A stretch of DNA of 63,678 nucleotides, filler included, from Kipferlia bialata (lineage: Eukaryota): NCBI GenBank assembly GCA_003568945.1. It is 3 parts of 3 records of this genome, joined end to end, with 100 filler letters (N's around TTAATTAATTAA, not from the genome) between each part and the next. Parts side by side here need not be neighbours in the genome. Positions count along the whole stretch, not along the records: positions 49,222 to 63,678 come from BDIP01000234.1; 2 more parts are not named here. The stretch is one strand, 5' to 3'. Position 1 is the first letter of the stretch, and every line of letters begins with the position of its first letter. The position numbers were made by a program, and so were the translations under genes. Positions 60,551 to 63,678 of the stretch are shown in pieces. The notes beneath the pieces are model-generated. The model ran no database searches. It was given only the letters and a program-made list of their open reading frames with translations, and was not told where the DNA came from.

Positions 60551-63460
60551 CTACAGCCACCTGTCCTGCTGTGACAGGACAGAGCAGCACCGGGGAGGGG
60601 GGGTGCCGCCTGGGGTGAGGGGATTGAGTATGAGAGAGAGTACATATATACTAGTATGTGTGTGAATACCTAGGCCTGTCCCCCCCACGAGGTCCTCTGT
60701 GAACTGGGACTCATCGAACACAGTGTCGCCATGACCAGAGTACACCTGGAAGGTCTGGGGTCAGAGGGGGTACTAATATACACATATTCATATGCAGTGT
60801 AAGACCCAGGTGTATTCACACACATAAACATAAGCATACATTGTACAGTAGCGTGTGTACCTCCTCGGGTGCCTTGGCCCCTGTGTCCCCCAGGAAGTCA
60901 GAGGGGTGGGGGTGGTCGGCTGAGGGTCAGAACAGAGAGTAGAGAACTTGTTTGGACATATCAAGTGTGGCACATAACTCTAAAAATGTAAATATGTATA
61001 GTGACTATCGTGTACCTGTCTCGAGGTCCTGTAGGGCAGCTAGGCCATCCTCCACTGGATGTAAGAAAGGTGATAGTGAGGGGGGACAGTGATATAAGAC
61101 ACAGAGTGAGAGTCACTCAGAGAGAGACATGGCTTCACTCACCCACGTCACCGTCAGGGAAGATGTCGGCGGCTCTCTGGCCAAGGGCAAGTCTAGGAGT
61201 AAGCAATAGGGTAGGGGGGGGGGGAGGGGGATAGAAACAGAGCATCCCAGTAGAGTGGTGACATAGTACATAATGACGCGTCTGTCGTTGCCCACCTTGA
61301 GTCTGGTCTGTCGACGAGTATACTGGACACTGCCCTGACATCGAGGCCGTCCAGCCCCACCCCTCTCCCCCTCCCTGCCCCCTTTCTCTCTCTCTGCCCC
61401 ATGGTCAGCATAGATACCCCGGCTATGGACAGACCGCAGATGGAGGCACGGCGGGCCCTGTCTCGGTTGGGGCCAGTGCCGATGGTGTTCTGGGGTCAGG
61501 CATAGGTAGATGGATATACAAATACAGGTGTACATATAGAGGTGAGACACATACAAGTGAATGCTGTGCTACACACATAAAACAGGTGTAGTTCTAATAG
61601 TCACTCAGATATACCACGCACCCTTCTGTTTAGTGCCGGTGTGGGGTGTGCCGTGACTGTCCTGGACACGGCAGGGCACTTGCCAACCTGCGTCACACTG
61701 CCTAGGGGGTCAGACGGAGAGGGAGAGAGAGAGGTGTGTGAGAGAGAGAGAGTAGTAGGATTCACACTCCCAGAAGAATGAGGAGACGGAGAGGACTGTT
61801 CAGTTACGAGTATGCTTGTATGTACATTTGTCTATGTGTCTTCCCTACCTGGGACAATGCCGTACATGGCCTTGGACTGGTTGGACATGGATGAGGATGG
61901 TCTGCGGGAGGGATCAGCATCAACGGCAGAGTGGTCTATCAGACGGCGGCTGGGGTGAGGGGGATGGCAGCATGAGAGAGAGAGAGAGGCAGGCCACGTA
62001 CCGGCGAGTGTTGAGTGAGCGTGTGAGCCTGACACCCGTGTCGTGTCTATCTCCATGTCTGTGTCCATGTCTGGACCCTACCCTGCTGGAGGGCCGGTCG
62101 TGGCTGCTCTCCTGGGGGTAAGGGATAGTCGTATGTATATAAATCAATATATACTGACACTGATACTATATGAAGTTGATCGTGGCTGCTGTCCTAGGTA
62201 TTAAGTACACATACGTGTATATATATACACTATATATATAGTGTACCTTAGTGATGTTGGCGCAGCACCGCAGCTCCCTCTCCACCTCCAGGTCCAGCTC
62301 TCGGTCCTTGTCCTGCTTGTCTCTCTCTCTCTCTCTCTCCCTGTCTCTCTCCCTCTCCTCCTCATCTACCACAATGCTGTCTCCAAACCCTGACCCGATA
62401 CTGCCAACCAGGCTGTCGCCGTCTCTCTCTCTCTCTCTCTCTGTCTCCATGACACTATCATCTGCATCGCCTAGGACTGACCCTAGCAGCACAGACTGGA
62501 ACCCACTCGAGTTCAGGGGGGCAACACCGCTAAAGGAGAACTGACTGGGGGTAGAGAGGGGAGAAGAGTATAATACGCAGTGTAGGGAATAAGGATGCCT
62601 ACCTGCAGTTGATGCTCTCTGTGATGCTCCCGTCCATGTCGCTCTCCCTGCCTCTCTCTCTCTCTCTCTGCTTGCCTCTTTCAAGGGAGGTCAGACGCTG
62701 GAGTGAGGGTGTGTGGGAAGTATATGAGAACACATACTATACACACACATACATCTACTAGCATACCTGGCATATAGTGGACGCCGGCCTGACCACGTGT
62801 GTCCTCTCCCTGTTGAATGACCCACTGTCAGCCATGCCGACTGCAGTGGAGGGAGAGTAGAAGGGTGAGGGAGGGGGCAGGGGGGACCCAGTACCGGGGG
62901 GGAGGGGGGACGCAGGGGCGGCATCTGGGGGTGAGGTTGTGACACGTACTCATACCATATACATACATATATATATATACATATGTCACCATGCCCCTCA
63001 CCCTCCAGCCCGTCCAGGCTCTGATGGCTGTGTGTGTTGGACCTGACTAGGAAGGGACTGGCCACAACAGTGCCCTCGCCCAGGCTCAGCTAGGATGAGA
63101 AACATGCACTATACACTACTCTGAAGAGTATAGCCACTTACTTGTAGTACACTAAAAGAGTGTAACACACAGTACCTGGCTTGTCCTCCCCCCCTCAATA
63201 CCAGAGGCATAGAGACCAGACTGGGCCTGGGGGTCTGCCTCATTGTCCCCCTCCCCTGCCCTCTCTCTCTTCCTGCCCAGTGCCATGGCCATCGAGATGT
63301 CACCCACACTCTGGGGGTCAGAGAGGGAGGGGAATACATACACACCCACCCATATATATACTCATTGACAGACACACAGAGAGAGAGAGTGTGTGAGAGT
63401 GTGAGGGTGTGGTACCTGTGAGCGTGGCAGTGACTGAGACATAGACCTCTGTGTGTCTGT
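60551..63460 (-). CDS. Hypothetical low-complexity (S/R/E/G-rich) multi-exon protein, 5' truncated
   Basis: Series of CCCCAG/GT-bounded exons, e.g. DKDRELDLEVERELRCCANITK|ESSHDRPSSR..., TFQVYSGHGDTVFDESQFTEDLVGGTGL|GGTPPPRCCSVLSQQDRWL*. Confidence 0.5.
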
Positions 63461-63626
63461 CCCTCTGTGGTATGAGGAGGTGGAGCCCATGGCAGAGGCA
63501 GCGGCCTTGCCTGACAGTTAGTCTCTTTCTCTCTCTCTCTCTCTATCTATGTATACATATATACACACACACACACATATATATATATACCCCACCTGAT
63601 ATGGCTGTGTTCCACATCCTACTCTG

Positions 63627-63678
<52 letters not shown>

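Overview
Gene-dense, intron-rich eukaryotic draft sequence made of three unrelated scaffolds joined by N/TTAATTAATTAA/N spacers (about 1-24520, 24621-49121, 49222-63678). It also has three internal N gaps and at least three probable mis-joins at C/G homopolymers. Introns are GT-AG with a branch point nearly fused to the acceptor (CT[C/G/A]AC-C-rich-YAG), and many are filled with (TA)n/(GA)n microsatellite. This style and the gene families suggest a fornicate protist such as Kipferlia bialata (inference, not verified). Manually spliced gene models include CCDC146/MBO2, an SMC5/6-like ATPase, a vWA protein, a NIPA-like transporter, an RFC4 3' end, a CCDC86/Cgr1-like protein, a PH-domain protein, a PABP-like 4-RRM protein, an intronless bacterial-type GNAT, a TM2-domain membrane protein, an FG-GAP propeller surface protein, a tail-anchored coiled-coil, kelch-like proteins and a secreted 3x6-Cys protein. 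The most striking feature is that many introns carry stacked partial copies ('echoes') of the adjacent exon edge with its splice site. These echoes differ from the exon mainly at synonymous positions (best case 11 synonymous vs 1 conservative change in 18 codons, plus Ser AGY<->TCN switches), tend to decay with distance from the exon, and also occur after a stop codon. This suggests a DNA-level process that replaces exon ends and archives formerly functional alleles inside introns.
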